This document shows positions 55,368 to 64,000 of a DNA stretch of 64,000 nt, in pieces. A program made the translations under genes and the position numbers. The stretch's first letter is position 1, and every line of letters begins with the position of its first letter. The notes beneath the pieces are model-generated. The model was not told where the DNA came from, searched no databases, and saw only the letters and a list, made by a program, of their open reading frames with translations. The stretch is from an uncultured Christensenella sp. (lineage in GTDB: Bacteria; Bacillota; Clostridia; Christensenellales; UBA1242): NCBI GenBank assembly GCA_964630515.1, contig CAZVVP010000002.1, forward strand, positions 12,302 to 76,301, read 5' to 3'.

Positions 55368-56218
55368 GATTTATTAATATTTACAAACCTTCTGGCCTAA
55401 CTTCAAGTAATGTTGTAGTTAAATTAAGAAAAAAGTTTCATTTGGACAAGATTGGACACATGGGAACGCTAGATCCAATGGCTTGTGGTATATTGCCAAT
55501 TGCTATTGGCAAAGCCACAAGAATGTTTGATTATTTTTTGGATAAATACAAGACATATATTGCAACCTTTGAGTTTGGTTATGAGACAAATACGCTAGAT
55601 TTAGATGGTGAAGTCGTGAATACAACAAGATTAGTACCCAGTCAATCTGAAGTGATGCGGAAGCTAGGAGAGTTTTTGGGGAAAAGTAATCAAATTCCGC
55701 CTAATTTTAGTGCAAAATTGGTTAATGGCGTCAGGTCTTACAAATTAGCCAGAGAAGGAATTAATATTGAATTAAAGCCTAAAGAAATCGAAATTACAAA
55801 GTTTAAATTTGTTTGCAGGGAAGATAATAAGTATACCTTTGAAATAACTTGTTCTAGCGGTACTTATATTAGAGCAATAGGTAGAGATTTGGCTAAATCA
55901 CTTAATTCTTTATGTACTATGACAAAGTTGGAAAGGGTAGAGTCTGGAGTTTTTAATCTTAATAATTCTTATACTTTAGAAGAAATTTTGGAAAGTGATA
56001 CTTTGGAAAATTTTCTTATTGATGTAGAGACGGTATTTCCAAAAATACTTAAGATAGATATTAATGAGTTTCTTTATAATAGGATAAGGAACGGTTTGAG
56101 TATACATAACACATATAATATTAAAAATATCGCTTTTGTTAAGTATAATAATCAATTAATCGGCGTTGCAGAAAATATAGATAATGAACTAAAATTAAAA
56201 ACATATTTGATGGAGTGA
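55361..56218 (+). CDS. truB: tRNA pseudouridine(55) synthase
   Basis: GHMGTLDPMACGILP (catalytic Asp). 285 aa. Confidence 0.93.
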   Translation: MLGFINIYKPSGLTSSNVVVKLRKKFHLDKIGHMGTLDPMACGILPIAIGKATRMFDYFLDKYKTYIATFEFGYETNTLDLDGEVVNTTRLVPSQSEVMRKLGEFLGKSNQIPPNFSAKLVNGVRSYKLAREGINIELKPKEIEITKFKFVCREDNKYTFEITCSSGTYIRAIGRDLAKSLNSLCTMTKLERVESGVFNLNNSYTLEEILESDTLENFLIDVETVFPKILKIDINEFLYNRIRNGLSIHNTYNIKNIAFVKYNNQLIGVAENIDNELKLKTYLME

Positions 56219-56221
56219 TAA

Positions 56222-57070
56222 ATGGTAAAATTTGGACCTTCGGGTAATTGTGAATCTTTTTATAATGCAGGGCATAAAAGGACTTTGGAAGCACCAAAGT
56301 GGCTAAGTGAACAAGGTTTAACACACTATGAATATTCTTTTGGTAAAGGAATACTACTAAAAGATGATATGGCAAAAATGATAGGAGATGAGTTTAGAAA
56401 ATATAATATTTCTGTATCTATTCATGCACCATATTATATAAATTTTGCCACCCCGACTGAAGAAATGGCAGAAAAGAGCATAAAGTATGTGCTAGACAGT
56501 ATTGACAAACTTAGATTGATGGGTGGCGATAGGTTAATTGTTCATCCCGCTTCTTGTGGAAAAATGACAAGAGAGGAAGCTGTAAAATTAACTAAAGAAC
56601 GATTGGAAAAACTTGCAAAAGTATTGGTTGATACTAACAATGAAGATGTTCTAATTTGTCTTGAAACTATGGGAAAACAAGCCCAAATTGGCACTTATGA
56701 AGAAATAATTGACTTCTGCAAAATAGCTCCTAACTTTATCCCAACTTTTGATTTTGGTCACATTAATGCGTTAGAACAAGGCTCATTAAAAAACAAGCAA
56801 GATTATTTAAAGATATTTAATCTAGCAATCAAAGAACTAGGTTTTGACAAAATAAATAATTGTCATATACATTTTAGTAAAATAGAATTTGGAACAAAAG
56901 GTGAAATTAAACATTTAACCTTTGAAGATGAGGTGTATGGTCCTGAATTTGCACCACTGGCTGAGGCAGTTAAGGAATTAAACTTAAATCCGATAATAGT
57001 TTGTGAAAGTAAAGGTATTATGGCTATTGATGCCAAAAAGATGAGAGATATCTACAACAATTTAGTTTAA
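56222..57070 (+). CDS. TIM-barrel protein of the endonuclease IV / AP endonuclease family 2 type
   Basis: MVKFGPSG N-terminus and SIHAPYYINFATP (Nfo-like H-x-x-Y-x-I-N motif). 282 aa. Confidence 0.6.
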   Translation: MVKFGPSGNCESFYNAGHKRTLEAPKWLSEQGLTHYEYSFGKGILLKDDMAKMIGDEFRKYNISVSIHAPYYINFATPTEEMAEKSIKYVLDSIDKLRLMGGDRLIVHPASCGKMTREEAVKLTKERLEKLAKVLVDTNNEDVLICLETMGKQAQIGTYEEIIDFCKIAPNFIPTFDFGHINALEQGSLKNKQDYLKIFNLAIKELGFDKINNCHIHFSKIEFGTKGEIKHLTFEDEVYGPEFAPLAEAVKELNLNPIIVCESKGIMAIDAKKMRDIYNNLV

Positions 57071-57072
57071 AG

Positions 57073-57115
57073 AAAAAAACATTTTTGCAAAATTTATAGC
57101 AAAATGTTTTTTTTT
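57073..57115 (+). terminator. Intrinsic terminator after the endonuclease IV-like gene
   Basis: AAAAAAACATTTT / AAAATGTTTTTTT A/T-rich stem around a GC-closed loop, ending in a T-run. It covers the ATG (57104) that the ORF track uses for spoIIIAA. Confidence 0.6.
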
Positions 57116-57211
57116 GTTATCTTAAGTAAATTGATGTTAATATTAATATTTATTTGCACATTAATTCTTTTGTTAGGAAATATAAATAATACAAACATAT
57201 GGAGGCGAATT

Positions 57212-58120
57212 GTGTTAGAAAGTTTATTGCCAAAGGATATAGTGGAAGCTTTAGAAAATATTAATATATCTAAACTTTGTGAACTTCGACTTAGAGTAAA
57301 TATGCCTATATGTATTAATATATTGGGTGAAAGTTATTATTTGGCTAGTTATGGGATTTGTAATTCAAAAAGCAATGCTATTATTTGCAAGAAATCTCAC
57401 ATTGATTACATTATCCAAATTGCTAGTAATAACTCTTTATATACGATTAATGACCAGCTTGTAAATGGTTATATCTCTTATTTGGGCGGAATAAGGATTG
57501 GTGTCGCTGGAGAGTTTGTATATGTTAATGACCAGATTAAAACAATAAAAAATATTCAGGCATTAAATATTCGCATTCCTCATGAAGTTTTTGGGTGTTC
57601 TTTATCAGGTTTTCAGTATATCCAAAAAGGAAAAAGTATATATAACACTCTTATTTTATCTCCAGCAGGGGCTGGGAAAACTACATATATAAGGGATTTG
57701 GCAAAACAATTATTAAACAAATTTCAAATGCTTAATGTTTTAATTGTGGACGAACGATGCGAAATTACTGGAATAGCTAATGGCAAAGCAAATTTTTCTG
57801 ATTTTAATTGTGATATTCTGTCTAATTGCAAGAAAGAGTATGCTTTCGATAATGGAATAAGAAGTTTAAAACCTGATGTCATAATTACTGATGAATTATC
57901 TCAAGAAGATATTAAGTCCGTAGAAAATGCAATTACTTGTGGTGTGAAAGTTGTAGCAACCATTCATGCAGATAGTATAATGGATTTAAAAAATAAGCCT
58001 AAATTTATCGATATTTTACAAAAGAAATTATTTGATAGATATATAATTTTGTCTGCTAATAATAGACCAGGAGAGTTCGTAGGGGTCTATGATGCAGAAT
58101 TAGAGTGTATTGCTTTATGA
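57212..58120 (+). CDS. spoIIIAA: Stage III sporulation protein AA (AAA-type ATPase)
   Basis: GGAGG at 57201-57205, then GTG at 57212 (VLESLLPKDIVEAL...). Walker A SPAGAGKTT, Walker B DVIITDEL. About 300 aa, as in known SpoIIIAA. Confidence 0.88.
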   Translation: MLESLLPKDIVEALENINISKLCELRLRVNMPICINILGESYYLASYGICNSKSNAIICKKSHIDYIIQIASNNSLYTINDQLVNGYISYLGGIRIGVAGEFVYVNDQIKTIKNIQALNIRIPHEVFGCSLSGFQYIQKGKSIYNTLILSPAGAGKTTYIRDLAKQLLNKFQMLNVLIVDERCEITGIANGKANFSDFNCDILSNCKKEYAFDNGIRSLKPDVIITDELSQEDIKSVENAITCGVKVVATIHADSIMDLKNKPKFIDILQKKLFDRYIILSANNRPGEFVGVYDAELECIAL

Positions 58121-58575
58121 AAATGCTTCTTATTTGTATCGTTTTTATTTCAATGACAGCAATTTCTCTACTAAATGTTTCCTATTTTTCAAAGAAAAAA
58201 AAGATATTTAGCGAATTGATTGATTTTTTTAAAATGTATAAAGGAGAAATTAATTTTTCCAAGAATTCAATTTCGCAAGTAATTTCAAGAACAAGTGAAA
58301 AGTATTGTTCAGAAACCAAGCAAATTCTAGATAATTATAGCTCTATAAACGAATATCCAAATTGTATTAACGAAAAGGAAAAGAAAGAAATCTTTGACTT
58401 GTTTAAAACTATTGGTCAAAGAGATGTTGATAGTGAAATAAGTTATTCAAATAATGTTATAGAGATGTTGGAAAAACTTTTTTCAAATGCTGAAAGTGAT
58501 CATGTCAATAAAGGATTACTTAGGGCTAAACTTATATTTATATTGGGACTTATTATTGTTATAATATTAATTTAA
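58117..58575 (+). CDS. spoIIIAB: Stage III sporulation protein AB
   Basis: The ATG overlaps the spoIIIAA TGA (ATGA). N- and C-terminal TM helices flank a soluble domain containing FKTIGQRDVDSE (compare B. subtilis FGETLGIHD). Confidence 0.8.
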   Translation: MKMLLICIVFISMTAISLLNVSYFSKKKKIFSELIDFFKMYKGEINFSKNSISQVISRTSEKYCSETKQILDNYSSINEYPNCINEKEKKEIFDLFKTIGQRDVDSEISYSNNVIEMLEKLFSNAESDHVNKGLLRAKLIFILGLIIVIILI

Positions 58576-58584
58576 GGGAAATGT

Positions 58585-58779
58585 ATGGGAATAGATATAA
58601 TTTTTAAAATTGCAGGTGTGGGAATAATTACAGCTGTCACTAATCAAATTTTAAAACATTCTGGCAAAGACGAAATAGCAATGTTAACAACTCTTGCTGG
58701 AGTAATAATTGTGTTATTTATGGTGATTAATATGATTAGTGAACTATTTGATACAATTAAGACATTGTTTAATTTTTAG
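58585..58779 (+). CDS. spoIIIAC: Stage III sporulation protein AC
   Basis: MGIDIIFKIAGVGIITAV...HSGKDE... aligns by eye with B. subtilis SpoIIIAC (MGVDVNVIFQIAGVGIVVAF...). 64 aa. Confidence 0.88.
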   Translation: MGIDIIFKIAGVGIITAVTNQILKHSGKDEIAMLTTLAGVIIVLFMVINMISELFDTIKTLFNF

Positions 58780-58794
58780 TAATGGAAAAATTTT

Positions 58795-59181
58795 ATGAAT
58801 ATATTAAAACTTTCATTATTTGCAATATCAATTGTTTTTGCGATTGTCTTTACAAAACAAGTGAAACCAGAATTTGCAGTAATTGTAAGCGTTGCTGGTT
58901 CTATTGCTATTCTTGCATACATATTAGGATTTTTTACAGATTTAGTAGTTCTTTATAATCAATTAATTGCCAAGACTGGTATTAACCAAGAATATTTTAC
59001 AATTCTTCTTAAAGCAATAGGTGTTGGATATTTGGTAGAATTTGCAAGTGGAGTATGTAAAGATAGTGGTAATTCGTCAATTGCAGACAAAGTGACTCTT
59101 GCTGGAAAAATTTCAATACTTTTACTAGCTGTTCCAATAATTAAATCAATTTTTGAAATCGTCAGTGGAATCATATTATGA
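58795..59181 (+). CDS. spoIIIAD: Stage III sporulation protein AD
   Basis: 128-aa four-TM protein in the conserved operon position. Confidence 0.82.
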   Translation: MNILKLSLFAISIVFAIVFTKQVKPEFAVIVSVAGSIAILAYILGFFTDLVVLYNQLIAKTGINQEYFTILLKAIGVGYLVEFASGVCKDSGNSSIADKVTLAGKISILLLAVPIIKSIFEIVSGIIL

Positions 59182-60413
59182 AATTCAAAAAGTGTCTTAA
59201 TAACTCACAAGTATATAAAGCCAAGAATAGTAAAAAGAGGAACTTATCACTTATTCTATTTTTTATAATTATTTCTGTAATTTGCGTATTTCCCATAACA
59301 ATTACAGCAACAGAAGAGAGTAGTGAAGAAAATTATACTGATTTATATGAAAACACATTTCAAGAATTAGAGAAATACGATTTTAGTGGTATAGATGCGA
59401 TAATTAATAATATGGATTCGGAAATATCTTTTGGTGATAACTTTGTAGATATTGTAAGTCAAATTATTAATGGTGAAATGGATATTAATGCTACAAATAT
59501 AATAGAACACATTCTTAAAGTTATAATATCTAATATCAAACAAATAATTCCAATATGTCTGATAATAATTTGTATTGCAATATTAATAAGGTGTTTGCAT
59601 TCATTTAGTCCTAATACTTTTAAAGATGGAATTAGTGATATTATTAATTTTGTTGCGATTGGAATAGTAGTTATTTTTATTAGTAAGATTGTAATAGAAG
59701 TTAATGAATTGGTATATTCAACGACTTCGACAATGCAAAATATTATAAATATAATCTTTCCAATATTGATGACTCTAATGGGTGTCGTGGGAGCTTCTAG
59801 TAGTGTGGCGATTTATACTCCAATAACCACAATTCTTAATACTGGAGTTTCAAATATTATTACCAATTATTTGTATCCAATTTATACAATTTCGTTTGCT
59901 TTAATTGTTGTTTCAGTATTGACAAATAGAATGAAATTAGACAAATTTATAAATTTTCTTAATAGTGTCTTCAAGACACTGCTTGGGTTTTTGTTTACAA
60001 TATTTAGTAGTGTTTTTGTCATAAAAGGCATATCTGCTGGCAAATATGATAGTGTAAGTATTTATACAACCAAGTTTGCTGTCAAGAATTATATTCCACT
60101 AATTGGCTCTTATATATCAGAAGGATTTAACTATTTATTACTAAGTTCTGTTCTTATAAAAAATGCTGTTGGATTAGCAGGTATAGTTATATTATTATTA
60201 AATATATTATTGCCGGTGATATATATTTTCGTTATAAAATTAGCATTGCAATTTACATCATCAATTGTTGATCTTCTTGGAAGTTCAAGTGTAAGTACTT
60301 TGCTTGATAAGGTAAGTAAGATTATGGCGTTTCCTTTGTCTGTTATTTTAGGTGTTGCGTTTATGTTTGTAATGACTTTATCTTTAGTTATATGTACAGC
60401 AAATCTTATTTAA
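59178..60413 (+). CDS. spoIIIAE: Stage III sporulation protein AE
   Basis: 411-aa polytopic membrane protein with an N-terminal signal-like segment. ATGA overlap with spoIIIAD. Confidence 0.85.
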   Translation: MKFKKCLNNSQVYKAKNSKKRNLSLILFFIIISVICVFPITITATEESSEENYTDLYENTFQELEKYDFSGIDAIINNMDSEISFGDNFVDIVSQIINGEMDINATNIIEHILKVIISNIKQIIPICLIIICIAILIRCLHSFSPNTFKDGISDIINFVAIGIVVIFISKIVIEVNELVYSTTSTMQNIINIIFPILMTLMGVVGASSSVAIYTPITTILNTGVSNIITNYLYPIYTISFALIVVSVLTNRMKLDKFINFLNSVFKTLLGFLFTIFSSVFVIKGISAGKYDSVSIYTTKFAVKNYIPLIGSYISEGFNYLLLSSVLIKNAVGLAGIVILLLNILLPVIYIFVIKLALQFTSSIVDLLGSSSVSTLLDKVSKIMAFPLSVILGVAFMFVMTLSLVICTANLI

Positions 60414-60429
60414 AAGGAAGAAGATAGAC

Positions 60430-60597
60430 ATGGCAGAGTTTATATATTCAATTTTTGGAATTGCAATGCTTGGCGTTTTGGTTGATATTATTGATAGTGG
60501 TAAAAATACGCTTATAGACTTTATATATGATTTAATAGTTCTTGTTGTAATTATAACTAATATCGTTAATATGCTGAAAGGTTTTCAACTTTTATAA
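60430..60597 (+). CDS. spoIIIAF: 55-aa two-TM protein at the spoIIIAF position (SpoIIIAF N-terminal hairpin only)
   Basis: Not in the ORF track (<60 aa). RBS AAGGAAG at 60414-60420, 9 nt before the ATG. Translation: MAEFIYSIFGIAMLGVLVDIIDSGKNTLIDFIYDLIVLVVIITNIVNMLKGFQLL. Resembles the B. subtilis SpoIIIAF N-terminus (..LTTIVLFILFAIVIDMLLP...YAKMVVSLLLIVV..). Confidence 0.55.
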   Translation: MAEFIYSIFGIAMLGVLVDIIDSGKNTLIDFIYDLIVLVVIITNIVNMLKGFQLL

Positions 60598-60740
60598 TTG
60601 ACATATTTTGTAGAATATTGTTTTCTTAATTTAATATAGTTATTTTGTGGTTCTAAAAAAATGTGATTCATAATAAAATATGGTAACAAACCAAGAGAAA
60701 TCTTGAGTTTTTAAATCAAAAGGGGACAAGGTAATGTTTG

Positions 60741-61349
60741 ATGGATGAACATAATGAAACTGGTAAAGAAAATTCTTCTATATTATCAAATGTCAAGAAA
60801 TACTTTTCAAAGCTGTCTAGTATTGGAAAGGTTAAGATGTTGCTACTTATTGCAGTCTTAGCAGTTGTTGTTATATTATCTACAAATTTTGTAGATAGTA
60901 GTACAACTCAAACAATAGTGAGCGAAAAAAGTTCTGATAAAACTTCTTCTTATTATGTTTCAAGTATAGATTATTGTAAAGAGATTGAGGAAAAACTTGA
61001 GAATGTTTTGTCAAACTTAAATGGACTTGGAAATGTGGAAGTTATGATTACACTTGATTCAAGTTTAGAATTAGTGTTTGCTGAGTCGATTGAAGAAAAA
61101 ACTAATTCTTCATTGCAAACGGGTTCAACTGGTTCTTATATAGTTGAAGTATCATCTCCTATCATAATAGAAACTAGTAGCGGTGATGAACCATTAGTTG
61201 TTAAAGAAATTTTGCCAAAAATCAAAGGCGTTTTAATAGTATGTTCAGAGATGCAAAATGTTGCAAGTAAACTTAATATCATTCAAGCTGTACAATCTTT
61301 GCTAGGAATTAATGTATCAAATATTCAGGTATTATCAAGTTTAAATTAA
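60741..61349 (+). CDS. spoIIIAG: Stage III sporulation protein AG
   Basis: N-terminal TM (LLLIAVLAVVVILS). C-terminus IKGVLIVCSEMQNVASKLNIIQAVQSLLGINVSNIQVLS matches B. subtilis IRGVLVVAQGVDNVQIKQTIIEAVTRVLDVPSHRVAV. An alternative TTG start lies at 60738. Confidence 0.85.
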   Translation: MDEHNETGKENSSILSNVKKYFSKLSSIGKVKMLLLIAVLAVVVILSTNFVDSSTTQTIVSEKSSDKTSSYYVSSIDYCKEIEEKLENVLSNLNGLGNVEVMITLDSSLELVFAESIEEKTNSSLQTGSTGSYIVEVSSPIIIETSSGDEPLVVKEILPKIKGVLIVCSEMQNVASKLNIIQAVQSLLGINVSNIQVLSSLN

Positions 61350-61364
61350 AGAGAGGTTAGGGAA

Positions 61365-61853
61365 ATGTCAAAGAAAAAAAGATTTTTTATAATTACAGGT
61401 TTTTGTCTTTTGTTGCTTGTTACAGGAACAGTAAATATTCTAGTAAATAATTCATTAGTTGCAGAAAATAATACAGATACTACAGTTAACGCAAATACAA
61501 CAGTAGGAAACTTTTTTACCAATTATAGAACAAATAGAACAGACACAAGAAATGAAGAGCTTATGTATTTAGAGGCAATCATTTCTAGCGAAGCTTCTTC
61601 TGCTGAAGCTATAAGCAATGCTGAAGCTGAAAAAATTAAAATTGTAACAGCAATGGAAAGTGAGTTAACAATGGAGGGATTGATTAAAGCAAAAGGTTTT
61701 GAAGATGTTATAATTTCTGATTTAAATAACAGTATTACGGTTATGGTTAAAAGTGCAGAGTTGACAAAGTCTGAGGTTGCTCAAATTGTTGATGTTGTAC
61801 AAGCTCAAACTAAGTATGATATTGAAAATATTAAGATTATTCCTGTAGAATAA
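61365..61853 (+). CDS. spoIIIAH: Stage III sporulation protein AH
   Basis: 162 aa. N-terminal TM. Last gene of the spoIIIA cluster. RBS AGAGAGG. Confidence 0.78.
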   Translation: MSKKKRFFIITGFCLLLLVTGTVNILVNNSLVAENNTDTTVNANTTVGNFFTNYRTNRTDTRNEELMYLEAIISSEASSAEAISNAEAEKIKIVTAMESELTMEGLIKAKGFEDVIISDLNNSITVMVKSAELTKSEVAQIVDVVQAQTKYDIENIKIIPVE

Positions 61854-61867
61854 TAAAAAATCAATTT

Positions 61868-61912
61868 AACACTATATGAGGTTCATGTTTGCCTTGTGTA
61901 GTGTTTATTTTT
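61868..61912 (+). terminator. Intrinsic terminator after spoIIIAH
   Basis: AACACTATAT / GTGTAGTGTT stem (two G-U pairs), 18-nt loop, then TATTTTT. Confidence 0.6.
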
Positions 61913-61954
61913 AAAAAAATCTCAAATTATTATTAATTTTATCAATTTAAGTAA

Positions 61955-61983
61955 TTGCAAATTTCAAGATTATATGGTATTAT
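61955..61983 (+). promoter_or_regulatory. Candidate extended -10 promoter for asp23-like/nusB/xseA
   Basis: TTGCAA (61955-61960), 17-nt spacer ending in TGg, TATTAT (61978-61983). The ORF-track ATG at 61974 lies inside this promoter. Confidence 0.5.
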
Positions 61984-62015
61984 TTTTGTATAATTTATAT
62001 AGAGGGTTATTTATT

Positions 62016-62393
62016 ATGTCTAACAATGAAATAAAATTACGACCAACTAAAGGTAATATTACATTTAATGATAACATAATTTTGTCTGTTATTAATTTGG
62101 CAACAAAAGAGATTGCAGGTGTCAGTTCGATGAATGCTAAATATGTAAGCGCTCTAAAAAGATGGTTTAATAAAAATTATGCTGATGGTGTAAAGATATC
62201 TTATTTTAATAACTCTATGACAGTTGATGTATATATCAATGTGTTCTTCGGCTACAACGTGTCCGAAATTTCTTATAGAGTGCAAGAGAACATTAAAAAT
62301 AGTATTGCTTCAATGATAGATATCAATATCGATAAAATTAATGTACATGTTATAGGTGTTGATTTTTCTAAATCAGAAGATTCTGATATTTAA
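62016..62393 (+). CDS. Asp23/Gls24 family envelope stress protein (YqhY-like)
   Basis: RBS AGAGGG, then ATG at 62016. FNDNIILSVINLATKEIAGVSSM is the typical family N-terminus. Conserved position before nusB. Confidence 0.82.
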   Translation: MSNNEIKLRPTKGNITFNDNIILSVINLATKEIAGVSSMNAKYVSALKRWFNKNYADGVKISYFNNSMTVDVYINVFFGYNVSEISYRVQENIKNSIASMIDINIDKINVHVIGVDFSKSEDSDI

Positions 62394-62399
62394 TATTTT

Positions 62400-62438
62400 G
62401 TCGCTCTTGTGTAGATGTATCACATGAGTGACTTTTTT
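62400..62438 (+). terminator. Terminator-like hairpin between asp23-like and nusB
   Basis: GTCGCTCTTGTG / CACATGAGTGAC 12-bp stem (one mismatch, one G-U), 9-nt loop, then T6. Confidence 0.5.
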
Positions 62439-62465
62439 GTTTATTGTAAATAGGAGAGTTTTTGT

Positions 62466-62909
62466 ATGGGAAGAAAGAATGTTCGTGATATACTTTTTAA
62501 ATTAATTTTCGAAAATTTATTTGTAGAGGCTAGTGAAAGTGTTACTTATGAGGACTTTATCAAAGGTGAACCTCTAGATTTTGATGGTGCAGAGTTTATT
62601 GTTTCTAGTCTTGAAGAAGATAATTTGCGATATCTTAAGGAAAATTATTTATCTGTGTTAAAAAATAAGACAGATATTCTTAACATTGTTGCAAAACATA
62701 TTACAGGATATACTATAGATAGTATGTTTAAGATAGATTTAGCTATAATTGTAATGGCTGTTAATGAATTGATTTACTATAAGCAAACACCAGTCAAAGT
62801 TGTTGTAAATGAAGCTGTTGAGCTAGCAAAAAAGTATTCGACAGACAAAAGTTCAAGCTTTGTTAATGGAATACTTGCTGGAATAATTAAGGATTTAGAA
62901 GTTAAATAA
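62466..62909 (+). CDS. nusB: Transcription antitermination factor NusB
   Basis: 147 aa. VVNEAVELAKKYSTDKSSSFVNGILAGI. RBS AGGAGAG. Confidence 0.92.
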   Translation: MGRKNVRDILFKLIFENLFVEASESVTYEDFIKGEPLDFDGAEFIVSSLEEDNLRYLKENYLSVLKNKTDILNIVAKHITGYTIDSMFKIDLAIIVMAVNELIYYKQTPVKVVVNEAVELAKKYSTDKSSSFVNGILAGIIKDLEVK

Positions 62910-64000
62910 TGGAAAATGCTATATCAGTTACACAAGTTAATAATTATATTAAGAATATTTTTGATGCAGAATATATGCTTCAAAATATTTTTGTGTATGG
63001 AGAAATTGGTGCTTATAAGATAAGTAATGGTATAGCATATTTTAATTTAAAAGACGAAAATTCCTTGATATCATGTGTGCTGTTTAATGCACATAATTTT
63101 CCAGTTTTTGAAGTTGGTGACCAAGTTGTTGTAAGAGGCAGTATTGGGTACTATGCAAAAGGTGGAAAACTCAATCTAAATGCAGTTAGTATAGAGAAAT
63201 TTGGAATAGGGTTGCTTTACCAGAAATTCCTAGAACTTAAAGAAGAGTTGGAGAAAAAGGGATATTTTAATCAAGACTTAAAGAAGACTCTTCCCGCAAG
63301 GGTTAAAAGGGTAGGTGTTGTTACAAGTGAAACAGGTGCGGTAATAAGAGATATTATTGATGTAACAACAAGACGAAATAATACAGTAGATATAGTATTG
63401 TATCCAGTAAAAGTGCAAGGTTTGGGTGCGGAAAAAGATATTGCAAAAGGAATTAGTTTTTTTTCTAATTATGATAATATAGATGTTATTATTGTGGCTA
63501 GAGGTGGTGGTAGCTTAGAAGATTTGCAACCATATAACACAAAGATTGTAGCTGAAGCTGTTTTTGAGTGTAAAAAACCTCTAGTTAGTGCGGTGGGTCA
63601 CGAAACGGATTATACGATAATCGATTTTGTGTCAGATTTAAGAGCACCTACGCCTTCGGCTGCTGCTGAGCTTGTAGTAAATAGAAAAGATGAAGATTTG
63701 CTTTATGTTAAGAATATAATGACAAATATGAGTTTGAGTATTTATAGGCAAATTAAAGATAAATTAAATCAATTGAATTTAATTGAAAATAAGATAAATA
63801 ATATAGTTGATTTAAAATTATCTTCACATTCGATATTTTTAAATAAAATTATAAATAATCTAGAAAGAATACTGCTTGAGAAGATAAATAAGCGACTTTT
63901 TGATATAAATGAAATAAAAACACTCTTGTCAAAAGCTGATATTAATAGTATAATGAAAAGAGGCTATGTAAGAGTTTTTTCAAACGGGACTAGAATTAAG
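62909..64000 (+). CDS. xseA: Exodeoxyribonuclease VII large subunit, 3'-partial (runs off window)
   Basis: Not in the ORF track. The ATG overlaps the nusB TAA (TAATG). My hand translation shows 364 codons with no stop. MENAISVTQVNNYIKNIF...GIAYFNLKDENS, RVGVVTSETGAVIRDI, ARGGGSLEDL, GHETDYTIIDFVSDLRAPTPSAAAE. Confidence 0.9.
   Translation, partial: MENAISVTQVNNYIKNIFDAEYMLQNIFVYGEIGAYKISNGIAYFNLKDENSLISCVLFNAHNFPVFEVGDQVVVRGSIGYYAKGGKLNLNAVSIEKFGIGLLYQKFLELKEELEKKGYFNQDLKKTLPARVKRVGVVTSETGAVIRDIIDVTTRRNNTVDIVLYPVKVQGLGAEKDIAKGISFFSNYDNIDVIIVARGGGSLEDLQPYNTKIVAEAVFECKKPLVSAVGHETDYTIIDFVSDLRAPTPSAAAELVVNRKDEDLLYVKNIMTNMSLSIYRQIKDKLNQLNLIENKINNIVDLKLSSHSIFLNKIINNLERILLEKINKRLFDINEIKTLLSKADINSIMKRGYVRVFSNGTRIK

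Noticed and set aside
57116-57200. Search for a sigma-E-type (ATATT ... CATACA-T) promoter upstream of spoIIIAA, and similarly for a sporulation-sigma promoter upstream of the carboxypeptidase gene (25300-25470).
   Set aside because: Only partial matches with wrong spacing were found (for example ATACAAAC at 57189-57196, which is too close to the RBS). These are not supportable from sequence alone.
57104-57211. ORF-track ATG start giving SpoIIIAA a hydrophobic 36-aa extension.
   Set aside because: That ATG sits inside the terminator hairpin of the upstream gene. GGAGG at 57201-57205 precedes the GTG at 57212, and the shorter product has the usual SpoIIIAA length.
61974-62015. ORF-track ATG start of the Asp23-like gene.
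   Set aside because: That ATG lies within the TTGCAA-17-TATTAT promoter. AGAGGG followed by the ATG at 62016 gives the typical family N-terminus.

Overview
The window is visibly AT-rich and looks like Firmicutes/Clostridia chromosomal DNA (composition was not computed). Every gene I can support lies on the + strand, and the window splits into two contrasting halves.

**Half 1 (nt 1-36,400): accessory-looking cell-envelope region, six proteins.**
- One giant ORF is already open at nt 2 and runs to 24,907. It shows 8,301 sense codons here, and its true N-terminus lies outside the window.
- The giant ORF is built from concatenated GLUG-like beta-helix repeat modules. It ends in a Gly/Ser-tethered domain with the residue layout of a C39-like papain-fold cysteine peptidase.
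- It is followed by a 340-nt ORF-free structured 3' region and a strong terminator.
- Next come a PBP5-type D-Ala-D-Ala carboxypeptidase and a monocistronic 1,180-aa Ig-like-repeat surface protein with a non-LPXTG C-terminal TM anchor.
- The half ends with a three-gene operon of unknown function: a polytopic membrane protein with a VirB6/TrbL/TcpH-like layout plus two acidic coiled-coil cytoplasmic proteins.
- I consider the giant gene and these neighbours the best candidate for an undescribed system. The functional link between them is inference only.

**Half 2 (nt 36,400-64,000): tightly packed, often translationally coupled housekeeping blocks.**
- plsX-rnc-smc-ftsY.
- secG-ruvX-DUF1292.
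- frr-uppS-cdsA-rseP.
- An OB-fold plus DEDDh exonuclease protein sitting where polC normally lies.
- rimP-nusA-ylxR-ylxQ-infB-rbfA-nrnA-truB.
- An endonuclease IV-like TIM-barrel gene.
- spoIIIAA-AH, with a 55-aa mini spoIIIAF that is missing from the ORF track.
- asp23-like, nusB and xseA. xseA is not in the ORF track and runs off the 3' edge.

I saw no rRNA, tRNA, CRISPR array, transposase or integrase. All promoter and terminator calls come from reading the sequence by eye.
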